Of a DNA stretch of 60,921 nt, positions 1-8,551 are shown piece by piece; the stretch's first letter is position 1, and each line of letters starts with the position of its first letter. Below the pieces are notes generated by a model. It did no database searches. It was not told the DNA's origin and saw only the letters and a program-made list of their open reading frames with translations. This DNA comes from Candidatus Limnocylindria bacterium (GTDB taxonomy: Bacteria > Chloroflexota > Limnocylindria > P2-11E), in contig DASYSC010000057.1 of NCBI GenBank assembly GCA_036003765.1, forward strand, positions 1-60,921. The letters run 5' to 3'. A program made the position numbers and the translations under genes.

Positions 1-419
1 TCGAAGAACGTGCGTGCGAAAAAGGTCGGTCCTTCGTGGTCGTATCCGACGACCAGACCGTACTCGGGCGTCCCACCGAGACCGAATACGAGCGGCGGCA
101 GCTGCGCGTCTACCGCCTCGATCACGCGATCGAGGATGAGCTCGCGCATCTCGTCGTCGTACGGTGGCGGCTCCGGGTCAAGGCGCACGCCCGCCGCCCG
201 CGCCGCGCGGCCGAGCGTGCCGGGGTCGCGTGGTGTCGCCGCGAGCGGGTCCCATCCGGCCTCGTCGATCGTCGCGGTGAACGCGGCCGCGGATGAGCCC
301 ATCACCCAGTCGTAATCGGTCTTCGTCGCCGCGGCGAGCGCCGCGGGGAACGTGCAGTCGTGACCCTCACCGAACCGGAGCGGGGCGATCTCCTTGAGGA
401 TCTTGCGGCGTGCTGCCAC
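1..419 (-). CDS. hypothetical protein, N-terminal part only (gene runs off the left edge)
   Basis: My minus-strand translation from GTG at 419-417 stays open to position 1: VAARRKILKEIAPLRFGEGHDCTFPAALAAATKTDYDW...LVFGLGGTPEYGLVVGYDHEGPTFFARTFF. Codons are GC3-rich. It is absent from the ORF track because there is no stop in the window. No family recognised. Confidence 0.45.
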   Translation of the reverse strand, partial: MAARRKILKEIAPLRFGEGHDCTFPAALAAATKTDYDWVMGSSAAAFTATIDEAGWDPLAATPRDPGTLGRAARAAGVRLDPEPPPYDDEMRELILDRVIEAVDAQLPPLVFGLGGTPEYGLVVGYDHEGPTFFARTFF

Positions 420-421
420 GT

Positions 422-841
422 CTACGCGTCTGCTGGTAGAAGCGTGAAGGCTCGTCCTCGGAGCGGCCGCAGCACGCGGAAGTGCCGCTCATCGAACGTC
501 AAAACGCGCGTGGTGCCCGCTCGGGCTGCCAGGATCACGAGCGATGCATCCGACAGTCCGATGTTTTGATCTTTGTACCGCTCGACTACCTCCCGCATCA
601 GTGCGATCTCCTCGGGCTCGAAACACTCCAAATGGAACGACCCGTCGGCGACCGCACCGAGGAATCGGAGCTCTTCAGCCACACCCATTCGCGCCGCCAG
701 GAGGTAGTCGACTTCAGCCGCGACGAAGGGCGACAGGAGAAAGGGACCGCGGTCGGCCTCGATGCAACGGGTGACGCGCACGTGATTTGTATGAGTCCCG
801 TCGACGGCGGCGAGAAGTCCACTTGTGTCGAGGACGATCAC
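422..841 (-). CDS. vapC: PIN-domain toxin VapC
   Basis: 139 aa with a PIN N-terminus (MIVLDTSGLLAAVD) and later acidic residues. The start overlaps the upstream RHH gene by ATGA. Confidence 0.85.
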   Translation of the reverse strand: MIVLDTSGLLAAVDGTHTNHVRVTRCIEADRGPFLLSPFVAAEVDYLLAARMGVAEELRFLGAVADGSFHLECFEPEEIALMREVVERYKDQNIGLSDASLVILAARAGTTRVLTFDERHFRVLRPLRGRAFTLLPADA

Positions 842-1059
842 CGCTCCCCGAAGCCCTTAAGGAGCTCTTCGTCAGGCTTTTCCCAGAGCCCCGGCTTGCC
901 GCTGCTGAATAGGGGAAGTCGCGGACGGGGCGGTTCGCTCTCGACGAGGCGCTCGACGCCCTGACGGATGAGATGGGCTTCGGAGACCCTGCGCCGCTTC
1001 GCGAGCGCTGCGAGACGCCGCTTCGTCGCTTCTTTCAAATACACGGTTGTCTTGATCAC
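838..1059 (-). CDS. vapB: ribbon-helix-helix antitoxin VapB
   Basis: Last 73 codons of track ORF 838..1650: VIKTTVYLKEATKRRLAALAKRRRVSEAHLIRQGVERLV, CopG/RHH-like. Start is GTG at 1059. The rest of that long ORF is a shadow of gene 1089..2036. Confidence 0.7.
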   Translation of the reverse strand: MIKTTVYLKEATKRRLAALAKRRRVSEAHLIRQGVERLVESEPPRPRLPLFSSGKPGLWEKPDEELLKGFGER

Positions 1060-1088
1060 GCGGTATATGGTACCAGGTATGGCACTCG

Positions 1089-2036
1089 TCAGGCCGCGTT
1101 CTCTGGGAACGCGTGCTTGAGGAGCGTGCAAACCTGGAGCGTCACCCACTTGCTCGCGTCGACCTTCGACGGCATGCGGGCGGCGTATGGCGCCCTCCCC
1201 GCCCAGCGTCCGCGCGGGTCCTGGCGCGCCAACAGCCACGCGATCGCGGGCTGCGCTCGATCGTCGTCGAGCGCACCGGCCGCGTCGAGCGCGCGAAGCA
1301 CGAAGAGGACATCGGCCTGATAGAAGAGCGGGAACGAGAGTTGCCGCCAGAGATAGCTCGTTCCGTAGGGGCTCGGGTATTTTCCGCGCTCGACGCGATA
1401 CGACAGGAGGAACTCGACGCCGCGGCGGAGCGTCCTTTGCACCTCGCGCGACCGCGCGGACTCCGGCAAGGCGGCGAGTCCCCAGATGAGCCTCGCGTAA
1501 CCCCATGCGCAGGGCTGCTCGCCGTTGATCCAGCACGCCGCGTCGAACTTCTTCGAATCGCGCACCAGCCGCGCGACCAGAGGTTCGAGCCGCTCGTCGT
1601 TGCCGTAACCGGCGAGCGCGATGTAGCGGACCACGTTGCCGGTGAAGCACGACGCGCCGTGGTCTCGCTCCAAGACCCAGCCCATGCCGCCCATCTCGGG
1701 CTTGCTGAGCTCTTCGAGGACGTAACGCGCCGCACGGCGCACCCGCTGGTCGCCGGAATCGACGCCGTACTCCACAAGCAGGAGGTTCGACCAGTGCGTG
1801 CTCTCGTACTTCGGGCCGTACAACCCTGGGCCCGGCCAGCTCGCGTCGCCTCGTTGCCCGCGCAGGATCGTCGAGATCGGCGGCGTGCTCATCGCCCGTT
1901 GCTGCGCCTCACGCACCTCGGGATCGCGGGGCCCACGGTCCAGGAGCGATCGCAGCGCGAGCGACCGCACCGCGGGATCGCGCCGCTCGAGAAGCCAGGG
2001 GACTGGGTCGCCCTTCAGCAGGGAACGCCAGGACAT
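1089..2036 (-). CDS. prenyltransferase/squalene-cyclase-repeat (alpha/alpha toroid) protein
   Basis: 315 aa with QW-type repeats (AIAWLLARQDPRGRWAG; ILRGQRGDASWPG). Its ATG directly abuts the pmbA stop (TAG then ATG on the minus strand). Confidence 0.55.
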   Translation of the reverse strand: MSWRSLLKGDPVPWLLERRDPAVRSLALRSLLDRGPRDPEVREAQQRAMSTPPISTILRGQRGDASWPGPGLYGPKYESTHWSNLLLVEYGVDSGDQRVRRAARYVLEELSKPEMGGMGWVLERDHGASCFTGNVVRYIALAGYGNDERLEPLVARLVRDSKKFDAACWINGEQPCAWGYARLIWGLAALPESARSREVQRTLRRGVEFLLSYRVERGKYPSPYGTSYLWRQLSFPLFYQADVLFVLRALDAAGALDDDRAQPAIAWLLARQDPRGRWAGRAPYAARMPSKVDASKWVTLQVCTLLKHAFPENAA

Positions 2037-3389
2037 CTAGGCCCCTCCGATCGACAGCTCTGAGATGACCAGCGTCGGACTGCCGAGCCCGCCTGGTCCG
2101 AACACCAGATCTTTGCCGACCCCGACCACCGCGTTGAGCAAGTGGGTGAGGTTGCCGGCGATCGTGATGCCCTGCGCCGGATGGACGCGCCCCCCGCGTT
2201 CGAGATAGTTCCCGGTCGCGCCGAGCGAGAACTCGCCCGACACGGGATCGACGGTGTGCAGGTTGAGGAGCGAAGTGACTGCGAGCGCGTGATCGAGCCC
2301 GCGCACGATCCCCTCGGCGTCGTCCGACCCGGCTGCGACGAAGAGATTCGACGGCCCGATGCGAGACGGTGAGCCGTAGCCGCTGCGGCGCGCGTTACCG
2401 GTCGGGTTGACACGAAGTTTGCTTGCGGTCTTGAGTGACGTGAGATAGCCGCGCAGAACGCCGCGATCGACCAACGTGCGCGTCGTGGTCGCGACACCCT
2501 CGCCGTCAAACGGTGCGCTTCGCAGGCCGCGCGGCTTGCGCGCGTCGTCGACGATCGTGACCTTCTCGTTCGCTACTCGCTGTCCGACCTTCCCGGCAAA
2601 GAGGCTACGGCCTTTGAGCACGTTGTCCGCCGAGAAGAGCGGGCCGATCGCGCGCAGCAGGTCCATCGCCATCCACGGATCGAGCATGACAGGGAGCTTT
2701 TGCGTTGCCAGGGGCCGCGAGCCGAGCTTCTCGACAGCGCGCTGCGCGGCACGCTGTCCGACGCGCACCGGGTCGAGCTCGGCGAATCGCCGCGCCGCCT
2801 CGCCGTGATAGCCGATCTGCCGCTCAGCGTCGTCCATGGCGACGGCCGAGGTCATCACGCCGCAGTAGGACTCGCGGTAGGACGCGCGCACTCCTGTCGT
2901 CGTCGCGAGGATCGTGGTCGACTCCGAGTCGCTGTACGTCGTCTTGCGAAATTGTTTGATGCGCGGATCGATCGCGCGCGCGGCTGCTTCGACGGAGAGG
3001 GCGAGGGCGCCTCGCTCGGCGAGCGGCCGCTCGACGAGACCCGCCTGGTAGATGTCCAGATCGGCGTCGTCGATGGCTTGCGAGGCGAGAGCGAGGTCCG
3101 AGTCCGGCTCGGTGACCCCCGACATGCGCCGCGCCGTGTCGGCGCAGGCCCGGATGCCGTCCACGCTGAGGTCGCTCGTGTACGCAAAGCCGAGGCGCTG
3201 TTCGTCGAGCACGCGGATTCCGACGCCGCGCTCGCCGCGCGCGATCACGCTCTCGATCGCGCCGTCCTTTATCTCCACGGAGCCGGACTGCGCTTCGCGA
3301 AGGAAGATGTCGCCCGTCGCCACGCCAAGTGTGCGGAGCGCACCGACCGCCGCGTCGACAATAGCCTCGTTCGTGAGCCGCTCGCTCAC
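2037..3389 (-). CDS. pmbA: TldE/PmbA metalloprotease partner
   Basis: 450 aa with family-typical segments RLGFAYTSDLS, FDGEGVATTTRTLVDRGVL and VDPVSGEFSLGATG. Downstream of tldD on the same strand. Confidence 0.85.
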   Translation of the reverse strand: MSERLTNEAIVDAAVGALRTLGVATGDIFLREAQSGSVEIKDGAIESVIARGERGVGIRVLDEQRLGFAYTSDLSVDGIRACADTARRMSGVTEPDSDLALASQAIDDADLDIYQAGLVERPLAERGALALSVEAAARAIDPRIKQFRKTTYSDSESTTILATTTGVRASYRESYCGVMTSAVAMDDAERQIGYHGEAARRFAELDPVRVGQRAAQRAVEKLGSRPLATQKLPVMLDPWMAMDLLRAIGPLFSADNVLKGRSLFAGKVGQRVANEKVTIVDDARKPRGLRSAPFDGEGVATTTRTLVDRGVLRGYLTSLKTASKLRVNPTGNARRSGYGSPSRIGPSNLFVAAGSDDAEGIVRGLDHALAVTSLLNLHTVDPVSGEFSLGATGNYLERGGRVHPAQGITIAGNLTHLLNAVVGVGKDLVFGPGGLGSPTLVISELSIGGA

Positions 3390-3396
3390 TTGCTCA

Positions 3397-3452
3397 ATCT
3401 CTGCCTTCGGCAGAGATGCGCTTCGCGAAGCGGAGCGCGTAGCGACCGCTCC
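3397..3452 (-). other. three consecutive stem-loops in the tldD-pmbA intercistronic spacer
   Basis: ATCTCTGCC-ttc-GGCAGAGAT (3397-3417), 14-nt palindrome CGCTTCGCGAAGCG (3419-3432) and GGAGCG-N9-CGCTCC (3432-3452), all within a 101-nt gap. Confidence 0.5.
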
Positions 3453-3490
3453 TCACGAGTGAATCGCTCGCCGCTCGAGCTCTCATTTCG

Positions 3491-4906
3491 TCACTTAACT
3501 TTTCCGCCGACTACGACTGACGGGATACGGATGGTCGGCTGCGCGTCGGCGACCGGCGCTCCCTGCCCGTCCTTGCCGCACGTCCCGGTGGAATAGCCGA
3601 GGTCGCTCCCCACCATGTCGATCTCGCTCATAAGTTTCGGACCCTGGCCCACAAGCGTCGCGCCGCGGAGCGGCTCGGCCAGCCTGCCGTCCCGGATGCG
3701 GTAGCACTCGGTGATCTCGAAGGCGAAGTTGCCCGAGACGACGTCGACCTGTCCGCCGCCCATTTTCTTGACAAAGATTCCGTCCTTCACCGAACGGAGG
3801 ATCTCGGCCGGATCCGACGTCCCCCGCGCGATCATCGTGTTCGTCATCCGGCAGATCGGGAGATATCGGAAGGACTCGCGCCTCCCGTTCCCGCTCTTCG
3901 GGATGCCGAGCTTCTCCGCGTGCTTCCGGTCGGAGAGATACGTGCGGAGGATGCCGTTCTCGATCAGGACCGTGCGATTCGTCGGCGAGCCCTCGTCGTC
4001 CATCGCCGATGTGCCGCGCTTGTCGGGGTCCGTGCCGTCGTCGATCACTGTGATCAGCTCGCTCGCGACCTTCTGCCCGATGCGACCCGAGTAGACCGAA
4101 AGGCCTTTCAGGTTCAGGTCGGCTTCGAGGCCGTGACCGACCGACTCGTGAATGAGGGTGCCGCCGGCGTCGCTCGAGAGGACGACCGTGTAGGTTCCCG
4201 CGGGGGCCGGCTCGGCGCCGACGTTGAGCACCGAGCGGCGCGCGGCGTCGGTCGCCGCTTGCTCGACCGCTTCGTCGGTGAGCATCTCGAAGCCCGCGGT
4301 GCCGCGAAGCGCCTCGAAGCCCGATTCGAGGACCTCACCCTGCTTCGCCACGACGTGCACGGCGAGGTTGAGGCGCACCCGCGTGTCCGTCCGGAGAAGT
4401 CCCTCGGTGTTGGCGATGAGGATCTCCTGCACGCTCTCGCCGTAGCTGGCCGTTACCTGCTGGACGCGGGGGTCGCGGCCGCGCGCCACTTCGTTGGCCC
4501 GCCGCAAGAGGCCCACTTTTCGCTCCACTGCGACGGAGCGCGGGTCTATGGCCACCGTCGAGTGTCGCGGGAGTGAGTCCGGCGCGGGCTCGGCCGCCTC
4601 GTGAAGCTCTCCGCCGTCGGCCACGCTGCGCGCGGCGCGTCCGGCCAGCGCGATGAGGTCGTCCACGTCGGCGACGTTCCCGTTCGCATAGGTCGTGCGC
4701 TCGCCGCTCGTGACCCGGATGCCCGCCCCCTGGTCCACGCCGCTGATCGCGTCCTCGATGCGTCCGTCGTCCAGAACGAGCTGTAACGTCTCGTGCCGTT
4801 CCCAAAAGAGTTCCGCCCAGTCGCCGCCGCGCGAGAGCGCGGTGCGGAGCGCGTGTGCCGCGTCGCGCGCGCTGATCGACGGCTCTCGCGTCAGTGTCGT
4901 GGCGAT
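3491..4906 (-). CDS. tldD: TldD metalloprotease
   Basis: Contains the HESVGHGLEAD zinc motif, DDEGSPTNRTVLIENGIL and GNFAFEITECY. The track ORF starts at GTG 4738, but the conserved N-terminal region continues upstream in frame. Start set at ATC 4906, preceded by GGAGG (see findings). Confidence 0.85.
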   Translation of the reverse strand: MATTLTREPSISARDAAHALRTALSRGGDWAELFWERHETLQLVLDDGRIEDAISGVDQGAGIRVTSGERTTYANGNVADVDDLIALAGRAARSVADGGELHEAAEPAPDSLPRHSTVAIDPRSVAVERKVGLLRRANEVARGRDPRVQQVTASYGESVQEILIANTEGLLRTDTRVRLNLAVHVVAKQGEVLESGFEALRGTAGFEMLTDEAVEQAATDAARRSVLNVGAEPAPAGTYTVVLSSDAGGTLIHESVGHGLEADLNLKGLSVYSGRIGQKVASELITVIDDGTDPDKRGTSAMDDEGSPTNRTVLIENGILRTYLSDRKHAEKLGIPKSGNGRRESFRYLPICRMTNTMIARGTSDPAEILRSVKDGIFVKKMGGGQVDVVSGNFAFEITECYRIRDGRLAEPLRGATLVGQGPKLMSEIDMVGSDLGYSTGTCGKDGQGAPVADAQPTIRIPSVVVGGKVK

Positions 4907-4949
4907 GTGCTGACCTCCGCTCCCAAGAAGGTGAGCGATGGTACGACGT

Positions 4950-5357
4950 TCAGTCGCCGATGACAGTTATGGTCGCGCTTCGTTCGCGTGGTCCGTCGAG
5001 CTCCGCAAAGTAAATGCCTTGCCATGTCCCGAGCGCGATCTCACCATCGCGCACGGGGAGCGTCACGGAGTTACCGACAAGGATCGACTTCACATGTGCG
5101 GGACCGTTCCCCTCAGCGTGCGCGTACTTCGCATCGCTCGGCACGGCGCGCTCCAGTGCGGTGAGCACATCTTTCTGAACATCGGGGTCCGCGTTCTCGT
5201 TCACGAATATCGCCGCGGTCGTGTGCGCGACGCTGATCGTGACGATCCCGTCGCCGATCTTCGCGCGCGTGACCGCGGCCTTGACTCGCGGTGTGATATC
5301 GATCGTTTCTTCGCGCTTCGTCGATTCGATGCCGATCTGCTCGTGCCGGACGCTCAC
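4950..5357 (-). CDS. yjbQ: YjbQ/UPF0047 family protein
   Basis: 135 aa with TAAIFVNENADPDVQKD, HVKSILVG and LGTWQGIYFAELDGPR. GTGA overlap with the upstream gene. Confidence 0.85.
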   Translation of the reverse strand: MSVRHEQIGIESTKREETIDITPRVKAAVTRAKIGDGIVTISVAHTTAAIFVNENADPDVQKDVLTALERAVPSDAKYAHAEGNGPAHVKSILVGNSVTLPVRDGEIALGTWQGIYFAELDGPRERSATITVIGD

Positions 5358-6391
5358 GCCGTCGCTTCGCGTTTCTCTTCGCGCTTCGCTTCGCGCTCGG
5401 GGGCTCCTGCCCCTGCCGCCGTGGCGTCGCGCTGCGCGACGATTCGCGCGATCAGCGCTGGGGTCGCGTTCCCTCCGCTGACGACCAGGACCGTCTTCCG
5501 GCCATGCGGGTCGATCTTTCCGGCGCGCACGGCGGCCAGGGGGGCGGCCCCCGAAGGCTCGACCAGGAGCGATAGCCCTTCGAGATACTCGTAGCTCGCC
5601 CGCTCGAGGTCCGCATCGCTTACCGTCACGAACTCGTCGACGTAACGGGCCGCCAATGTCACGTTCAGCGCGTCGGTGCTCTTCGCGACGAGCTTGTCCG
5701 CGACGCTATGCGGACTCTCGAGCGTGATCGGATGGCCGGCCCGTACCGACCGTCCGACGGCGTCCGCGCCCTCCGGCTCGACCCCGACCACGCGCACGCC
5801 CGGCAGTGCGGAGCGCAGCGCGAGCGCGATCCCGGTGATGAGCCCACCGCCGCCCACCGCGACCACGACGAGCTCGACACCGGGAAGATCGTCGAGGATC
5901 TCGAGGCCGATCGTGCCCTGGCCGGCGACGATGAGCGGATCGGCGTAGGGGTGGATGAACGTCTTCCCCTGCTCTTGCTCGATGCGGTGGGCAAGCGCGA
6001 GCGTGTCGTCATACACGCTTCCCTCCAGCAAGACGTCGGCGCCGTACGCGCGGCAGACGCGAACGATCGTGTCCGACACGCCGCGCGGCATCACCACCGT
6101 CGCCGGCGCGCCAAGCGCGGATGCCGCATACGCGACCCCCTGGGCATGGCTGCCGGCCGACGCCGCGACCACGCCGCGCCGGCGCGAGGCCTCATTCAGC
6201 GACGCGATCTTGTTCAGGGCGCCGCGCACCTTGAACGTTCGCGTGGGTTTGAAGGTCTCGATCTTGAGGTGGATGTCGGCGCCCAGCTCCGATGAGAGGA
6301 GGGGCGATCGCTCGAGCGGGGCGCGCGGGAGATAGCGGTCGACCACGCGACGAGCCGCCACCACATCGGCGACGCTCGGCTCCCGCTGCAC
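5354..6391 (-). CDS. threonine/serine dehydratase-like PLP enzyme (fold type II)
   Basis: PLP-lysine context KIETFKPTRTFKVRGA and glycine loop VVAVGGGGLITG. Start placed at GTG 6391 (QREPSVADVV...) because upstream codons lose GC3 bias; the longest ORF reaches 6613. The C-terminal tail GAGAPEREAKREEKREATA is encoded by a GC-rich repeat copy. Confidence 0.78.
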   Translation of the reverse strand: MQREPSVADVVAARRVVDRYLPRAPLERSPLLSSELGADIHLKIETFKPTRTFKVRGALNKIASLNEASRRRGVVAASAGSHAQGVAYAASALGAPATVVMPRGVSDTIVRVCRAYGADVLLEGSVYDDTLALAHRIEQEQGKTFIHPYADPLIVAGQGTIGLEILDDLPGVELVVVAVGGGGLITGIALALRSALPGVRVVGVEPEGADAVGRSVRAGHPITLESPHSVADKLVAKSTDALNVTLAARYVDEFVTVSDADLERASYEYLEGLSLLVEPSGAAPLAAVRAGKIDPHGRKTVLVVSGGNATPALIARIVAQRDATAAGAGAPEREAKREEKREATA

Positions 6392-6756
6392 GGCGCGACG
6401 ATACTTCGACAACGGGCGTGCGCCGAAAATGGGGGTGTACAGTGGAGACCTACGGCTCTTCTCCAAACGCGCGGAGTCGATCCGCAGCGTCATAGCTGAG
6501 AAGGAGCGTCTCATGAGATCAGGCGGTTTCCCCTGTCGAGTCGTTGGTTGCTCTGCGATTTGGGCTGTCCAGGATCCCAGCGCCATGACCTCGCTATTCG
6601 CGGCGAGCGCCAAGCGAACGGTCCACGAGGAGACCGTGCACGGGTACGCGCACCAGCGTCTGCCCGAAGCCCCGCGCCGGGGCAGCTATCACCCAAAGAC
6701 CACACCGAAGAGCGTTTGACGTCACCGGCGTAAAGGCGGTGAACGAGGAGAAACAA

Positions 6757-6963
6757 ATGGCAACTGGAACGATCAAGAAACTGGTCAGTGACCGTGGCTT
6801 CGGCTTCATTCAGCAGTCGGACGGAACGGATCTGTTCTTCCATCGGTCTTCGGTGACCGGTGCGAGCTTCGATGACCTTGGCGAAGGCCAGACGGTGAGC
6901 TACGAGAAGACGATGGACCCGCGCCGCAACAAAGAGAACGCCGAGAAGGTCACACCGGCCTAA
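6757..6963 (+). CDS. cold-shock domain protein
   Basis: MATGTIKKLVSDRGFGFIQQSDGTDLFFH carries the cold-shock RNP motifs. GAGGAG lies 6 nt upstream of ATG 6757. Confidence 0.9.
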   Translation: MATGTIKKLVSDRGFGFIQQSDGTDLFFHRSSVTGASFDDLGEGQTVSYEKTMDPRRNKENAEKVTPA

Positions 6964-7021
6964 CTCGCTCCGGCCTTCAGCCGGTCGCGACCGCCTCACC
7001 GCGCCGGGCGATACTTCGCCC

Positions 7022-7867
7022 GTGCGTACCTGGGGGGAGGAGCGGGACGCAGGTGCGGCGGTGCTTCGCGCCGCTGGGATCACGACAGCCGCCCTCGACG
7101 CGGATGTCCTGCTTGCGCATGTTCTCGGCGTGAGCAAAGAGACGCTCTACGCTCATCCGGACACCGAGATGTCGCACGGCGCGATGCGCCGCTACCGCGA
7201 CCTCGTCGAGCGCCGCGCCAACGGCGAGCCGGTCGCGTACCTGCGCGGGTTCAAAGAGTTCTATGGGCTCCGCTTCGCGGTCGACCCACGCGTGCTCATC
7301 CCGCGCCCCGAGACCGAGACGTTGGTGGACGCTGCGCGCGAGGTCATCGCCGGTCGAACCCTCACGCTCGCCGACATCGGCACCGGATCCGGGGCGGTCG
7401 CCATCGCGATCGCCGCATACGAGCATGGCGTACACGTCATCGCGACTGACATCAGCATCGACGCCCTCGCCGTCGCGCGCGAGAACACGCTTCAGAACGG
7501 CGTCGCGGATCGGATCGAGCTTCGCGAGGGCGACCTCTTCGCGCCGCTCAGCGAGCCGGTCGACCTGGTCGTCGCGAATCTGCCGTACCTTCGCGACGCC
7601 GAGCTCGAGTATCTGGCCGGTGAGCGGACATCGCTCGCGTTCGAGCCGCGGGTGGCGGTCATCGCCGGCAAGGACGGCCTCGAGCTCATCTGGCGCGCGG
7701 CATCCGATCTTCCGCGCGTGCTCGCGCCGCACGGCTCGGCGTTCTTCGAGATCGACCCGCATCAGGCCGATCAGGTCTCGCATCTGCTGCAGTACGCTCT
7801 TGATGGCGAGACTCGAGTGATCAGCGATCTCGCAGGCGATCACCGCGTCGTCGCCGTGACGCGCTAA
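7022..7867 (+). CDS. prmC: release-factor glutamine methyltransferase
   Basis: HemK-like N-terminus and SAM motif DIGTGSGAVAIA. The catalytic tetrapeptide reads NLPY where NPPY is usual. Confidence 0.82.
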   Translation: MRTWGEERDAGAAVLRAAGITTAALDADVLLAHVLGVSKETLYAHPDTEMSHGAMRRYRDLVERRANGEPVAYLRGFKEFYGLRFAVDPRVLIPRPETETLVDAAREVIAGRTLTLADIGTGSGAVAIAIAAYEHGVHVIATDISIDALAVARENTLQNGVADRIELREGDLFAPLSEPVDLVVANLPYLRDAELEYLAGERTSLAFEPRVAVIAGKDGLELIWRAASDLPRVLAPHGSAFFEIDPHQADQVSHLLQYALDGETRVISDLAGDHRVVAVTR

Positions 7868-7870
7868 AGG

Positions 7871-8551
7871 ATGGGCGCCGCGACGGAGATGCTCCCGCCG
7901 GGCGACTCGACCTGGCGGCGAGTCGGTCGAAGGATGCTCGAGCTCGAACGTGCCGAGTGGGGCGCGCGCGCTTTCTCCTCGCGTGAGATGCGGCGCCAGG
8001 TGTCGAACCCGGATTCGGTGATCGGCTCGCTCTGGGATCGCGAGACGATGATCGGGTTCGCGGTCGCGGGGCCGGCCTGGTCGCGCGGTCGCGCGAGCCT
8101 GTTCAACGTTCTGATCGATCCGGGTCACCGCGGCCGCGGTCTGGTCTGGCCGCTGATCGCGCGTGTCGAGGCCGAGCTCGCAGTCCGCGGATTCGCGGAC
8201 CTGGACATCGACGCGCGAGTCGAGAACGGATTCGCCGACGCGACCCTGCGTCGCTATGGGTCGCGCGCGTCCGTCGTCGCAGCGGACCACCCGAGTCCGT
8301 ACGGTCCGCAGCGAACGATCCGCGTGGCTCTCGCGCCTAGAGCCGATGCGCCAGCTCCGAAAGCGAAGCGATCACCTCATGCGATGACCCCGTCCCAGCA
8401 GGCGCCAGCAGGAAGGTCCGGAAGCCGGCGCGCTTCGCCCAGTCCAGACAGCGCTCCTGGTCATCGACGGTCGCGGCGTCCTCAGCGCGCACCCCGGACT
8501 GCTCGAGGACCTTCCGGTAGAAACCCGCGTTCGTCTTCCACCGATCGATGA
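7871..8551 (+). CDS. GNAT family N-acetyltransferase with low-complexity tail
   Basis: Acetyl-CoA loop region VLIDPGHRGRGLVWPLI. From about 8340 the ORF is R/P/S-rich and antisense to the HAD gene. The first in-frame stop is at 8551. Confidence 0.55.
   Translation: MGAATEMLPPGDSTWRRVGRRMLELERAEWGARAFSSREMRRQVSNPDSVIGSLWDRETMIGFAVAGPAWSRGRASLFNVLIDPGHRGRGLVWPLIARVEAELAVRGFADLDIDARVENGFADATLRRYGSRASVVAADHPSPYGPQRTIRVALAPRADAPAPKAKRSPHAMTPSQQAPAGRSGSRRASPSPDSAPGHRRSRRPQRAPRTARGPSGRNPRSSSTDR

Noticed and set aside
838-1650. 270-aa minus-strand ORF
   Set aside because: Only its last 73 codons (the RHH antitoxin) look real. The rest is R/A/G-rich and out of frame over the well-supported toroid gene 1089..2036, a typical high-GC shadow ORF.
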